Assembly: GCA_963713955.1 (NCBI GenBank)
Contig: OY970216.1
Coordinates: 72,075 to 136,074 of the forward strand
Reading direction: 5' to 3'
Length of the DNA: 64,000 nucleotides
Source of the DNA: an uncultured bacterium
Lineage (GTDB): Bacteria > Patescibacteriota > Minisyncoccia > UBA6257 > GWB1-50-10
Below the pieces are notes generated by a model that was given only the letters and a program-made list of their open reading frames with translations, did not search any database and had not been told where the DNA came from. The translations under genes and the position numbers were made by a program. How positions within the stretch are numbered: the first letter of the stretch is position 1; every line of letters starts with the position of its first letter. Shown here piece by piece: positions 43,070 to 53,172 of the stretch.

Positions 43070-44825
43070 TGTTTTCTTCTTTAATTCCTTTTGCCTCCAG
43101 AATCTGCTCGGGGTTCGTGGTGACGATCTGATCTTCCGTGTAGGAAGCAATGACCCTGATGGCCGCGTGCTTCAACCCCGCGAACATGAGACCCTCCCCG
43201 ACTGCGGCCTCGAGGAGCAGCGCCGACTCCCCTTCCGTGAGGCCGAATGCCTTCGTGAGAGATTCGATGCTCGTCGGCGATTGTTTGAGCAAGAGCTGCA
43301 TGGCGGAGTTCGTGATAATGGGTCTCCCGTATTCGGATTTCAGGAAGTCATCGACGTCCTGCGTGATGGTCGTGACACCCAGGTAGTACTTCCGGGCGCG
43401 CTTCACGAGGCCGAAGAGAAACGAAGCACTGTCCTTGTATTTCATCATTGACCAAGCCTCGTCGATGACGAGGAGACGCTGTTTCAATTCCGCCCGTATG
43501 AGGTTCCAGACGAAGTTCAGTACGATATACATGGCGATGGGCCGGAGCTCTTCCTCCAAGTCCCGTATCGAGAAGACGATGAGGCGGTTTTTGATGTCGA
43601 CATTCGTCGGCGCGTTCGTGAACCCCGAATACGAGCCGTGCGTGTACTTGTCGAGCCGCTCCGCGATCCCCGTGCCGCCCTCGGTGTTCCGAAGGATCGT
43701 TTGGAGATCCTCGAGGAGCGGTGCGTTGAATTCCTTGAGCGTTCCGAAGTTTTCCGCCGTGATGTCCCGCGACGTGTACGTTTCCGTGATCGCCCGATCG
43801 AGGAGCGATTCTTCTTCGGGCGTTATAACGCCCAGCATCAATTTTACGAGGCCGGTGAGGTTCAAGATGTGGGATTTAAAAACGTCAGCTGGCTCCTCGC
43901 CTTCCGGGATGATTGGGATGTCGAAGGGGTTCACGTGGTTTTTGGACGTGAGGGATATTTTGAAGTAGCTCCCTCCGATTGAATCCGCGAGGTTTTGATA
44001 TTCGTTTTCGGGATCGATCACGATGACGTCGGTGCCGACCATGAGTGACCGGAGTATTTGGAGTTTGGTGGCGTACGATTTCCCGGAACCGGACTTGGCG
44101 AACACGACCATGTTGGCGTTCTCGAGCGAGAATCGGTCGAAAATGATGAGCGTGTTATTCTGCATGTTGATGCCGTAGAGAATCCCGTTGTCGGAGGTGA
44201 GATCGGCCGAGGCGAAGGGAAAAAGCGACGAAGCTGGGCCGCTGTTCAGGGGAGTCCTAACCTCGAGTAGATCCTTCGCAATCGGGATGACTGAATTTAA
44301 TCCTTCCGTTTGGCGGAAGAGCGCGGGCTTGGCGTAGACGAGCCTGCTCTCGAGCGCGTTTATGATCTGGTTTTCCGTTTTTGCCAACTCTTCAAGGTTC
44401 TGGGCGTAGATCGTGAAGTACACGCCGATCTCGAAAAGCTTTTCCCGGGCCTGCTGGAGAGAATCCCTGAGATTTTCTATGTCCTGGTAGGCGGTTTCGA
44501 GGACCGGGTCGCGCACCACGCCTTTCTCGGTCTTTTCGTTTATCTCCGCTTCTATTTGAGCGACTTTTTTTCTGAGGTTCCTCAGGGCTAGGGCCGTATC
44601 CATGGGATGGACGAAGATCGATATATCCATCATGGTTGGCATGTTGATGATGGGCGAGAACCACCCGGTTGAAATGAACCGCGGGTAGGTGAAAATGAAG
44701 AAGGTCTTTGCGTAATAATCGCCGATTTTCAGGTAATTGGCGCTGACCTCGACGCCGGACGGCGCGATCACGTTGAACAAATCCTCTTCTCCCGGCTGAT
44801 ATGCTTTTGGTATTTGGACCTTCAT
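43062..44825 (-). CDS. virB4: Type IV secretion ATPase, VirB4/TrbE/CagE family
   Basis: 587 aa with Walker A FAKSGSGKS and Walker B LLVIDEAW, which is the VirB4-characteristic DEAW. It has a C-terminal ATPase domain and the typical length. Confidence 0.8.
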   Translation of the reverse strand: MKVQIPKAYQPGEEDLFNVIAPSGVEVSANYLKIGDYYAKTFFIFTYPRFISTGWFSPIINMPTMMDISIFVHPMDTALALRNLRKKVAQIEAEINEKTEKGVVRDPVLETAYQDIENLRDSLQQAREKLFEIGVYFTIYAQNLEELAKTENQIINALESRLVYAKPALFRQTEGLNSVIPIAKDLLEVRTPLNSGPASSLFPFASADLTSDNGILYGINMQNNTLIIFDRFSLENANMVVFAKSGSGKSYATKLQILRSLMVGTDVIVIDPENEYQNLADSIGGSYFKISLTSKNHVNPFDIPIIPEGEEPADVFKSHILNLTGLVKLMLGVITPEEESLLDRAITETYTSRDITAENFGTLKEFNAPLLEDLQTILRNTEGGTGIAERLDKYTHGSYSGFTNAPTNVDIKNRLIVFSIRDLEEELRPIAMYIVLNFVWNLIRAELKQRLLVIDEAWSMMKYKDSASFLFGLVKRARKYYLGVTTITQDVDDFLKSEYGRPIITNSAMQLLLKQSPTSIESLTKAFGLTEGESALLLEAAVGEGLMFAGLKHAAIRVIASYTEDQIVTTNPEQILEAKGIKEENNA

Positions 44826-45496
44826 TTTGTTATCCCCATTCCCTGTTTCTCGACGAGTTGAGGATTATAGAGGTTGTAGAAAAGTTCCGTGAGTTCCTCG
44901 TCTTCAAGGGGGACCGCTTTCAGACCCATCTGCGTGAGACCGCTCACAATCCCTTCCGATCGGTTCCTTAACTGCTCGAGATTCTCCTGGATTTTTACGC
45001 CCTCGGCCTGCTTCTGCTCCGTCGTTTTGCCTTTTTTGAAGAAGCTGCCGAAGAGTCCGGAAGCGCCGGCGGCGGGTTCGGGAGTTGGATTGTAAGGCAC
45101 GACCACGAAGAAATTCTTGCTGATGATGGCGTTCTCCTCGATGAAAGACTTTATGAAATTCGTGTACTCGTCTATTTGTATTTTCAAGAGTTCGTTTTGT
45201 TCGTTCTTTTTCCGTTCAGCCATGTTCTCGAGGTATTTCTGGATGTTGACTTTCCGCGAGTGTATGAAAAACTGCGTCCGGAAATCGAGAGAATTCAGGA
45301 ATTTTTGGAAGCTGCCCACGATGGCGTTTTGTTCATCTTCGGATTTGAGATCGAAATTAACGCCGCTCACCATGATAACGTGAACCATTCCGCCGTCTTT
45401 CAGGTAGACGACGCCGTCTTTTATCCTTTTCACCTCCACCAGGTTTTGCGTTGGTAAACTTTTCTCCGCCATCTTTGTTATTTTATCAGTAGTCAA
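44822..45496 (-). CDS. Hypothetical protein, T4SS operon (224 aa)
   Basis: Translationally coupled by a 4-nt overlap with virB4. I recognise no domain. Confidence 0.45.
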   Translation of the reverse strand: MTTDKITKMAEKSLPTQNLVEVKRIKDGVVYLKDGGMVHVIMVSGVNFDLKSEDEQNAIVGSFQKFLNSLDFRTQFFIHSRKVNIQKYLENMAERKKNEQNELLKIQIDEYTNFIKSFIEENAIISKNFFVVVPYNPTPEPAAGASGLFGSFFKKGKTTEQKQAEGVKIQENLEQLRNRSEGIVSGLTQMGLKAVPLEDEELTELFYNLYNPQLVEKQGMGITK

Positions 45497-45977
45497 TACG
45501 TTTCGCCACCTTTCGTTCGCCCGTGAGGTAGGTCACGACTTCGTATTTTTCTTTTCCCCCGCCCCCCCCTGCCTTTTCCTTACTGAAGATTTTGCCGACG
45601 GTGACTTTGAGCGCGAGCGATTTCAGCCGATCGCCGACGCCTATTTTCTTCCTGAGATTTGTCAGATCTTCATCGCTGAGTTCGAGAGTTGTTTTTGCTG
45701 CTTGCCGTTGCCAGGTGTAGGTCCGCTGGTTCAGGGAATATTTAAGAAGAGAACTCATGACTTTTATCATATCCTGGCCATTCACTTTGACGAACGCGAG
45801 CGCGACGGCAATGCCCACGGCGATGAGCGTCACCAGAGCCCAAAGGAGCCCACTGAAGATGTTGTACGCGATGAAACTCACCGCGGCAGCCCCGGCGAGA
45901 TAGAAAAACTGGATGAGCGTCAAAGGGCCGATGATCTTCGGCTTCTGCTCTATGAATTGAGGTACTTGGAATTCCAT
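45486..45977 (-). CDS. VirB3/PrgI-like small membrane protein
   Basis: 163 aa with two adjacent TM helices near the N-terminus (LTLIQFFYLAGAAAVSFIAY; LLWALVTLIAVGIAVALAFV), directly upstream of the virB4 pair. Confidence 0.5.
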   Translation of the reverse strand: MEFQVPQFIEQKPKIIGPLTLIQFFYLAGAAAVSFIAYNIFSGLLWALVTLIAVGIAVALAFVKVNGQDMIKVMSSLLKYSLNQRTYTWQRQAAKTTLELSDEDLTNLRKKIGVGDRLKSLALKVTVGKIFSKEKAGGGGGKEKYEVVTYLTGERKVAKRIDY

Positions 45978-45978
45978 G

Positions 45979-46896
45979 CTAACCGGGTTGGTTTCTAAGA
46001 TCTATGATGTTGCCTTCCAGTTGGGGGCCCTTTTCTGGGCTTTCCTTTTTCTCCGGCGGCTTCTTCATGATCGTGTTGAGAAAAGATTTTGCTGCGGTGG
46101 TGGCACTTTCCGCCGGCTTTATCCCGTTAGAGACCACACCCGCGCTTGGCGCGATTGGTGCTATCTCTTCCGTTTTCAAAAACTCACCTCCCGGCTCGAA
46201 AGGTGTGAGCGTAGATCGACCCTCCGTATAGTGCACAACTCTCGTGGCTGATTTTTTCTCGGGGGATTCTACCGTTGCTCTCACCGTTTTTGCTGCCGTC
46301 GTTCCCGTAAGTTTCCGGGATTTGAAGAAACCGAACGAGAATGCGGGCATCCCCTTCACGTCACCCCCGACAGTTGCTTTTTCTTCTCCCGGCTTTTCTT
46401 GCAGTATGAAAGGTTTTGAGAAGTCCGTCGTCTTTTTCGTTTCTGGCTCAACGGCACCTCTGATGATGGGTATTTCTTCCGGTACTTTATTTACTTCTCC
46501 TGTTGATTCGGGTTGTATTGTCTTCTCTTCGGATTCTAGGTATTCCTTGAGGCCGAGCTTCTCCACATCTTCCGCATCACTTACTTTTATTTCGCTGATG
46601 TCGATTCCCCACCGGAAAAGCGGATACCGCTCTGATTCCAATATTCGTTCCTTTATTGCCTTGGCGATGGAAGCGGCTATCTTCCCGCCGATGCCGGTCT
46701 CCGCGAGTGTTTCGACGAAAAAATGGGCGGGCACCTCTTTCGAGATGAGATCATAATATGCTCTCGGAAGGAGTGAGACGCTGGTGATGCCCGCTTCCTC
46801 GCGGATCTCGTCGAGTATTTTGTCGATCCTTTCGGAAAATAGGCTGTTTTTTATGTTTTGTGGCACATCCCCCAAATCCATATGTTTGTTTGTCAA
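45979..46896 (-). CDS. Hypothetical Glu/Lys-rich protein (305 aa), T4SS operon
   Basis: Long ORF with no motif that I recognise. Confidence 0.45.
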   Translation of the reverse strand: MTNKHMDLGDVPQNIKNSLFSERIDKILDEIREEAGITSVSLLPRAYYDLISKEVPAHFFVETLAETGIGGKIAASIAKAIKERILESERYPLFRWGIDISEIKVSDAEDVEKLGLKEYLESEEKTIQPESTGEVNKVPEEIPIIRGAVEPETKKTTDFSKPFILQEKPGEEKATVGGDVKGMPAFSFGFFKSRKLTGTTAAKTVRATVESPEKKSATRVVHYTEGRSTLTPFEPGGEFLKTEEIAPIAPSAGVVSNGIKPAESATTAAKSFLNTIMKKPPEKKESPEKGPQLEGNIIDLRNQPG

Positions 46897-46907
46897 CCCC
46901 AGGTTTG

Positions 46908-49166
46908 TTAAGTTTGATCTTCGAATGGCGACACATAATCGTCCTCGGTTGCGTTATCGTTCCCATCACCGCCGTTACCCGTTGCAGTACTGACATCCTC
47001 CTTCTTGTATTTTCTCTTGAAGAATCCCTGCCAGGAAATCTGTTTTTTCATTTGGGAGCGCAGGCCGAGGGAGCTTCCCCTATTTTCCTTAGTCCCTTCA
47101 TTTGGGCTCCCGGATTCCATAAGAGTTTTTCTGATTGCCTCCAACTCTTTCTTAAGGTCTATTCTCGTCCTCGTTAAGGCCTCTACTTGGTCCTTATCCT
47201 TACTATCGTTGGCTTCCTTTATATCATTTAAGTTTTTATCCAGTTCTGATTCTTTTTGTTCAAACCTGGTGAACTCCTTGCTTACGGCCTCTTCATTATC
47301 AAATCCTCCTTTACCCTTTCCGGAAATGAATGGGCTTTGTAACCCAGCATCAACCATATCTTGTTGTTCGTTAGTTCCTTTGGTTCCTATTTGAGTAAGT
47401 TGGCCATAGGTCATATAGGGAGCTATAGCATACAGTGTCTCCGGATCCATTTTAGACGCGTCCTCCACTTTACTCGTATACTTTCGCAGTTTTTCTCCAC
47501 GCGTAAGTTTTTTGTCGTCGTTGGCATTGGCCGCTATAACCGGATCGTATTTGGTGAAGTCGTCCTGCATCCCGTATCTCTTTATCATCCCCGTTAATTG
47601 TTTTTTCTTACCATCGCTTAACTTATTCAACCCACCCTTCTCGGCTAAGGCCAGGGCCGCCGGCAGATCGTCTCGCGTCAAGGAGACTATTTGTCTCTCG
47701 AGTTTATTTATGAGTTCGCCTTTGGTATACTTCTTGTTTTTTTCGAAACCCTCCTGGGTTACCTTCTTGGCTCTTTCTTTCACTCCTATGGAAGCCCCGG
47801 CCATGCCGGTTAAAGCAGCGCCCAAGATGGGGATTTTCCCCGCACCGCTTTCGGCCCACTGCTCAAACCACGATCGTCCTCTTCCCTCCTTGTCTTTTGT
47901 GACCCCGGCGGTGGCGGCTCTCCTGCCAAGGGCCGATAATCCCGCACCGGCTGCGCCTATGGTCGCACCTTTCATTATGCCCTTTGCCTTCTCGCCCGTC
48001 TTCTTGGCGACGCCGAGGAGCGCATGACCGCCCCAGACGCCCATGCTGTTCGCAGCCAAGAGTCCGCCGACGAGGAATCCGCAAAGAACCAAAGCATTTG
48101 TGACTTGCACCACAAATCCGTTTATAAGGGTGGAGCCGACCTGTGAGTTCGGATTCGAACTTAGTATAGATTGAGTAAACCCCTTAATCGTTTCTGCCGT
48201 TATTAATGTTAAATATAAGAAAAATGACAAGAATGGCGCTACGAAGGCCCACTGCATAAACTTTTGCCACCACTGCCTGCCTAAACTTTGGAGATTAGGT
48301 ATGGGCAATATTCCAAAAAGCCAGGGGAAAGGAGCCACCGTGAGGAGAAGGGTGAGCCATACAAATCGCGTAAGAAGCATCAAGCCATTAGCCAAAAGAA
48401 CGAGAGCCATGAGAAACGTGAAAGCAGCTATGAAAAACAAACTGACGGCCCCCATAAGGGAACCGGTTATTTCTGCGGCGCCGGACGTGTTGATATTTTG
48501 TATAGTGCTTGTGTCAATATTCAGCCAGCCCTGTGGGTTAAGGGCGGCCACTATGGATGATCCTATGTCATGGGATTGCGCATAGGTGCCGTTTCCTAGC
48601 GACTTGTCGACAAAGAACTTTGTCACAACATTCGTGAAGTCAAGTATCGCTCCGCCGATCATCAAGCTGAAGTTCACGACGATGGCCGCGGCGATGAGCT
48701 TGGGAAGCATTTTCTGGGCGCTGTACTGATTCAGGCGGAGGATCGTCATGAAGGCGATCACGATGAGCGCAAGAACGAAACCGAGATTCGCGATGTCGCG
48801 TGAAACCGTCCAACCCGAAAGAACGATGGGGAGCCGGGTGATGTAGGTGTTGAATTGGAACAAGAACGTTATGAGCATCGCGCCGAGGTAGAGTACCAGG
48901 CCGGCTATGTTCTGCAGCAGCCACAGGATGCCGTTTATGATGGGCCAGAAAAACCAATTACTAAGCCCGCTCAGTATATCATTCCCCAGGTTAACCGACG
49001 CGAAGGTGCCGGCGGCGGTGGTGGGTCCACCGGCGGCGGCCAATTGGAGTAAGTCGGTAAATATGTCGGCATGGGCAGTCTTGGGCAACGATAAGCAGAC
49101 AGTTGAAAAGACAATCAGAGTGATAAGTGCGGATCCGGAGATTTTATAAAGTGCCTTTCTATGCAT
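46908..49166 (-). CDS. VirB6/TrbL-like polytopic membrane protein
   Basis: 752 aa with a signal peptide, 7 or more TM helices across the N-terminal 450 aa, and a charged coiled-coil-like C-terminal tail. Confidence 0.5.
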   Translation of the reverse strand: MHRKALYKISGSALITLIVFSTVCLSLPKTAHADIFTDLLQLAAAGGPTTAAGTFASVNLGNDILSGLSNWFFWPIINGILWLLQNIAGLVLYLGAMLITFLFQFNTYITRLPIVLSGWTVSRDIANLGFVLALIVIAFMTILRLNQYSAQKMLPKLIAAAIVVNFSLMIGGAILDFTNVVTKFFVDKSLGNGTYAQSHDIGSSIVAALNPQGWLNIDTSTIQNINTSGAAEITGSLMGAVSLFFIAAFTFLMALVLLANGLMLLTRFVWLTLLLTVAPFPWLFGILPIPNLQSLGRQWWQKFMQWAFVAPFLSFFLYLTLITAETIKGFTQSILSSNPNSQVGSTLINGFVVQVTNALVLCGFLVGGLLAANSMGVWGGHALLGVAKKTGEKAKGIMKGATIGAAGAGLSALGRRAATAGVTKDKEGRGRSWFEQWAESGAGKIPILGAALTGMAGASIGVKERAKKVTQEGFEKNKKYTKGELINKLERQIVSLTRDDLPAALALAEKGGLNKLSDGKKKQLTGMIKRYGMQDDFTKYDPVIAANANDDKKLTRGEKLRKYTSKVEDASKMDPETLYAIAPYMTYGQLTQIGTKGTNEQQDMVDAGLQSPFISGKGKGGFDNEEAVSKEFTRFEQKESELDKNLNDIKEANDSKDKDQVEALTRTRIDLKKELEAIRKTLMESGSPNEGTKENRGSSLGLRSQMKKQISWQGFFKRKYKKEDVSTATGNGGDGNDNATEDDYVSPFEDQT

Positions 49167-49167
49167 G

Positions 49168-51114
49168 TTATGGAGCTTTTATCTGGAGTATGCCTGTCCA
49201 AGCCGGAAGTTTCTGGAGTACGCCCTTCAAACCGCCGACGCCGACCTTGGTCAGTTTGTTGATAATGGCGTTTTGCAAGATGCTCCCGATGTCGGTAAGA
49301 TCCTGAGCATTGATTATGGAAGTTATGTCGGCTTGAGTCGCCTGCTGGGCCAATCCGGCGGAGATGTTAGAAGGCTGGGCGATGCTCCACGCGCTGTTAC
49401 CTTGGCTATCTAGACAATCATAAAACATATCACTACTACTACTGGTGAAGAATCTATTGTTCGCGTCTTTGTATGCGGAAGATTGCATGTTTTGTCCTGC
49501 GTCTTTGGGGATGCTTACAACGTTGCCGTTGCCGTCGGTCGTGGTAGTCAAATCCACTGGGTAACCGTAGTACAAATTATTGTTTACCCACTGTTGTGTT
49601 ACGGGAGACGTACCGGTTAGGGAGGATGTAGTGGTGAATTTCAGCCAACTATCGCACTCATACTGATTCTTATATCCGTTGCCTTGGTTCATTTGGTTCT
49701 GTAATTGCGTGGTAGCCGCCGCACTGGCTTGGGACGCGAGCTGTTGAGTTATTGCCGACTCGCCGTAGTAATTGTTCTGAGGCATCATGATCTCCTGATA
49801 CCCGACCCAACCGCCGGTCCGGAAGTCGTTATAGAATCCCTGGATGTTGTTTTGTAGAACCTGGTTTAGGGTGCAACTCACCTGCTGGTAGAAGGGATTT
49901 GTTTCTCTTGCGACACTTGGTATCTGAAGAGTCACTGATAGTCTGAACGGCTGGCAGAGTTGCGGAGCTATGTTTGAGATAAGGCGGTCGACGGCGTTGA
50001 GGCCGGCATCAGCCAAATCTTTCCATGGCCTCTGGAAATACTGCGGTGCGTTCACGGATATGGTACCGTTCTTGATTTGTATCCCGCCGTTTTGGATCCA
50101 GTCGACCGTCTCGGTTGTGAATTGGTAAAGAAGCGATCGTTTTATCGTTTCGACGGTTTGTTTCAAGAGGAGATCGCACTTGGCTCTCGTGTCGGCTATG
50201 GTCTCCTGGTTTTTTTGTTCGGCGTTCACCTGTTTGGTGGCTTCCGTACTTTTGTTCACGGCTGATTCTACGCTTTGGTCATAAACCGGCACTGTGCTAA
50301 GATTCAGCAGCGCTTTGGTTTCTGATGTAAGCTGGCCGGCCACGTTGTTGCTCACTTGAGTAAGCACCTGTTTTGCCTGATTTTCCACCCCCTGCTTGAT
50401 GTCGTTGATCTGACCATTGATTGATTTTAGCGGTTCGTTGTTGGGATTGGTCAGTATTTTTTGAGCGACGTTCTGGATATTAGCGCTACTGAAAAAATTT
50501 CCCAGTTGGCTGACGGAAACACTGGACGTACCGAAGATGTTAGTTAGAAGCGTTGAGGTCACAAATCCACTCAAGTCTATTTTGTAACTGCTTAAAGCAC
50601 TCGCGAACTTGTTTTGCAGTTGAGGCAGAAGCATAGCGCCTACATTCTTAGCTATCTGTTCCGGGCTCCCAACCGTCGTGTACCAAGCGTATTTCTGCGC
50701 TATTTCCGCCGCCGCGGTGCATGATTCCATCCCTGGAGGGTTTTGCGTTTCCTGGTTTGATAGAATTCCTGCGCCGGTTATCGGGCCGCCGGAGCAGACC
50801 CACCCGATAACGGGAGGACTGTCCGTAATGTGGGTCGAGCTTGCATAGTTCAAGGTATAGACCGGCAGCGTCGGCGTGGCGAAGGGGGTTGAGCCCGATA
50901 AGTCCGGTGCCTGTTCAAACACCGTGTTTGGAGGGTTCGTGAAATCGCTGTCGTTGGTTGGGTCCACCGGAGAACCGTCCTTTGTCCACACCAAAGTGTA
51001 CGCCGTGCAGTTGCCGGTTGTCGTTTGAGCTTCGGACTCATAGGGGAAATAAGCGGAAGACAGGGCGATCGCGACCACTGGGATCAAGGCAAGTTTTTTA
51101 ACCCAGTTTTTCAT
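49168..51114 (-). CDS. Large secreted protein (648 aa), T4SS operon
   Basis: It has a signal peptide, is Gln/Asn/Thr-rich, and has no catalytic motif that I recognise. Confidence 0.45.
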   Translation of the reverse strand: MKNWVKKLALIPVVAIALSSAYFPYESEAQTTTGNCTAYTLVWTKDGSPVDPTNDSDFTNPPNTVFEQAPDLSGSTPFATPTLPVYTLNYASSTHITDSPPVIGWVCSGGPITGAGILSNQETQNPPGMESCTAAAEIAQKYAWYTTVGSPEQIAKNVGAMLLPQLQNKFASALSSYKIDLSGFVTSTLLTNIFGTSSVSVSQLGNFFSSANIQNVAQKILTNPNNEPLKSINGQINDIKQGVENQAKQVLTQVSNNVAGQLTSETKALLNLSTVPVYDQSVESAVNKSTEATKQVNAEQKNQETIADTRAKCDLLLKQTVETIKRSLLYQFTTETVDWIQNGGIQIKNGTISVNAPQYFQRPWKDLADAGLNAVDRLISNIAPQLCQPFRLSVTLQIPSVARETNPFYQQVSCTLNQVLQNNIQGFYNDFRTGGWVGYQEIMMPQNNYYGESAITQQLASQASAAATTQLQNQMNQGNGYKNQYECDSWLKFTTTSSLTGTSPVTQQWVNNNLYYGYPVDLTTTTDGNGNVVSIPKDAGQNMQSSAYKDANNRFFTSSSSDMFYDCLDSQGNSAWSIAQPSNISAGLAQQATQADITSIINAQDLTDIGSILQNAIINKLTKVGVGGLKGVLQKLPAWTGILQIKAP

Positions 51115-51859
51115 CTTGTATTTTCTGGTCTATCTCCTTTTGTATCTGGGAAAAGGCGGAATCAAATTGGTTCGACCCTCCTTGATACAGGGCTATCATG
51201 AATCGAAGCGGATCGTCGCCGGATTTGGCGAGAGATTCAAAAACGTTTCTCTGGTGTATCAGGAGGGTTAAAAGATCTTTGTGTATACCAACCCAAGAAG
51301 GGGGAACTTTGATAAGTTCCAAAAGTTGTACAGCGGTGTCGAAGTTCTGCGCGGCAGTCGTGAAGGTGGACACGAGATCGGTGGTTGGCGTGGAGCTTGC
51401 ACTGAAAGTCGGGATGTCGGAAATAACCTGGTCTGCGTAGAGGAGATAGAACATCTGTGCTGACTTTGAGTCATCCGTGCCGACTGCGATGTCGGAACTC
51501 GTCACCACCTCGCTGGCATACTCATTGTCTATTATTTGGGATATTGTGTCTTGAATATCGGCTGAATTGGATGGGATAATACTGGGGGAGCCTTTGTTTT
51601 GATAAAGATTGTTATTTACTGCATTCTCGAAAGTTTTATTGGCGAAGTCGAGTGTCAGGTTCTCGAGCGGTGACGACTGGTAAGCCAGAGTCGGATCCGG
51701 CAGTTGGTTTTCTTGGCCCTTTACCACCCGTATCGAAGACCCATTGTTTTTCGAAGCTGGGCTGAATATCAGGTAGGCGCTCCAGGAGAGTGCAACGGCT
51801 AATATGACCGCACTTATCACCTTCCTGTTTCTTTTGGTTAGTTTCCTTTTGATTTTCAT
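51098..51859 (-). CDS. Signal-anchored hypothetical protein (253 aa)
   Basis: The N-terminal TM is VISAVILAVALSWSAYLIF. Confidence 0.45.
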   Translation of the reverse strand: MKIKRKLTKRNRKVISAVILAVALSWSAYLIFSPASKNNGSSIRVVKGQENQLPDPTLAYQSSPLENLTLDFANKTFENAVNNNLYQNKGSPSIIPSNSADIQDTISQIIDNEYASEVVTSSDIAVGTDDSKSAQMFYLLYADQVISDIPTFSASSTPTTDLVSTFTTAAQNFDTAVQLLELIKVPPSWVGIHKDLLTLLIHQRNVFESLAKSGDDPLRFMIALYQGGSNQFDSAFSQIQKEIDQKIQDEKLG

Positions 51860-51950
51860 AGCTCACTTTTGCATGCGCCTTTTGAAATTAACGCTAAAAA
51901 CCGCAGGCACACCAATTCCTGACTTTAATTATACAATATTAGAACGGTAC

Positions 51951-52340
51951 TTAAAATGGTAGGAGAGAGGTTCCTATAGAGAAAATTGGATAAGCTACTT
52001 GCGGTACCGGTATCGGAGGTGTTGTAGCGGTATAACATGGGAGTGGTGTAGTGAGATATAATCCAAGCGTCCATGCCCCAGTGAAAAATACCCTGTAACT
52101 ATAAGTGATAGTGGTTGGTAAAATGATCAACCATAACCCCGTCGGCGATATCCCGGACCTAATTGACATTGGGGCGTTCATTGCCGGCGGTATTCCGCAA
52201 AGTATATCTGGGACCGGATTTAATAGAACCTTATCACCAAAAGGGGTATAAATACTTATGGCTTCTACTTCTTTAGCGCCGGCAGCACCCACCGCGATAA
52301 AAAACACCGCTATCAATGTCAAAATCAACGTTTTCTTCAT
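51951..52340 (-). CDS. Small hydrophobic secreted protein; candidate T4SS pilin (VirB2/TrbC-like)
   Basis: 129 aa with a signal peptide MKKTLILTLIAVFFIAVGAAGA and a central hydrophobic segment. It is the first gene after ksgA in the operon. Confidence 0.35.
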   Translation of the reverse strand: MKKTLILTLIAVFFIAVGAAGAKEVEAISIYTPFGDKVLLNPVPDILCGIPPAMNAPMSIRSGISPTGLWLIILPTTITYSYRVFFTGAWTLGLYLTTPLPCYTATTPPIPVPQVAYPIFSIGTSLLPF

Positions 52341-52348
52341 ACTTTGAT

Positions 52349-53170
52349 TTAATTATACAACATTCCGAACATTTTTATTGTGTTTTCAAGAGAGATATCT
52401 TGCGGCCGGTCGTTCGGGTCGATGTTTATTTCTTTTAATTTACTCGCTATTGCCTCCTTGTCGCGGGTGGGTGCTAGATTATTGAGTATTGTTTTTCTCG
52501 GTTGTTTGAATAACGCACGAAGAAACTTGTAGTACTCGGCCTCCCGAGCGCCTTCAGTGCACGGGAGGCTTCGGGGGGTGAGTCTTATGACGGTGGAATC
52601 GACTTTGGGCGGCGGAGAGAATTCTTTCTTGCCGACGCGAGCGATAATCTTCGGCGATGACCAGGACTGGGTCACGGCAGCGAGGAGGTTCATGTTCGGA
52701 GGTTTTGCGACAATTCTCTCGGCAACCTCTTTTTGGATCAACAAGGTTATGATCTTCGGTTTGTGCCCGAGTTCGCTCAAAATCCGGAGCAGGTGTCCGG
52801 TGATGTAGTAGGGGATGTTGCCGACCACCTTGTAGTCGGAATTTTTAATTTCTAATTTCGAATTTCTAGTCAACGATGGCAGAATGGTCAGGGCATCGCC
52901 GTTTACGATTTCTAGCTTCGGCATTTCACCGTTAGAAGTTGATTCGGCGTTAGGAATCAGGAACTTGGCGTTCTCTTTCAATGAACTTACCAGGGAATGG
53001 TCTTTCTCTACGGCTACGACTTTGATCGGATGTTTCAATAGTTGTCCTGTCAGCTCCCCGTGCCCCGGCCCAATCTCGATAACGATATCACCGCCTTGCA
53101 AATTTAAGGAGTCCACGATCTCTCGCAGTATCTTCTTATTTTTCAGAAAGTGTTGACCGAGATATCGCAT
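52349..53170 (-). CDS. rsmA: 16S rRNA (adenine1518/1519-N6)-dimethyltransferase
   Basis: 273 aa beginning MRYLGQHFLKN, with a SAM motif VIEIGPGHGELT. Confidence 0.88.
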   Translation of the reverse strand: MRYLGQHFLKNKKILREIVDSLNLQGGDIVIEIGPGHGELTGQLLKHPIKVVAVEKDHSLVSSLKENAKFLIPNAESTSNGEMPKLEIVNGDALTILPSLTRNSKLEIKNSDYKVVGNIPYYITGHLLRILSELGHKPKIITLLIQKEVAERIVAKPPNMNLLAAVTQSWSSPKIIARVGKKEFSPPPKVDSTVIRLTPRSLPCTEGAREAEYYKFLRALFKQPRKTILNNLAPTRDKEAIASKLKEINIDPNDRPQDISLENTIKMFGMLYN

Positions 53171-53172
53171 GT

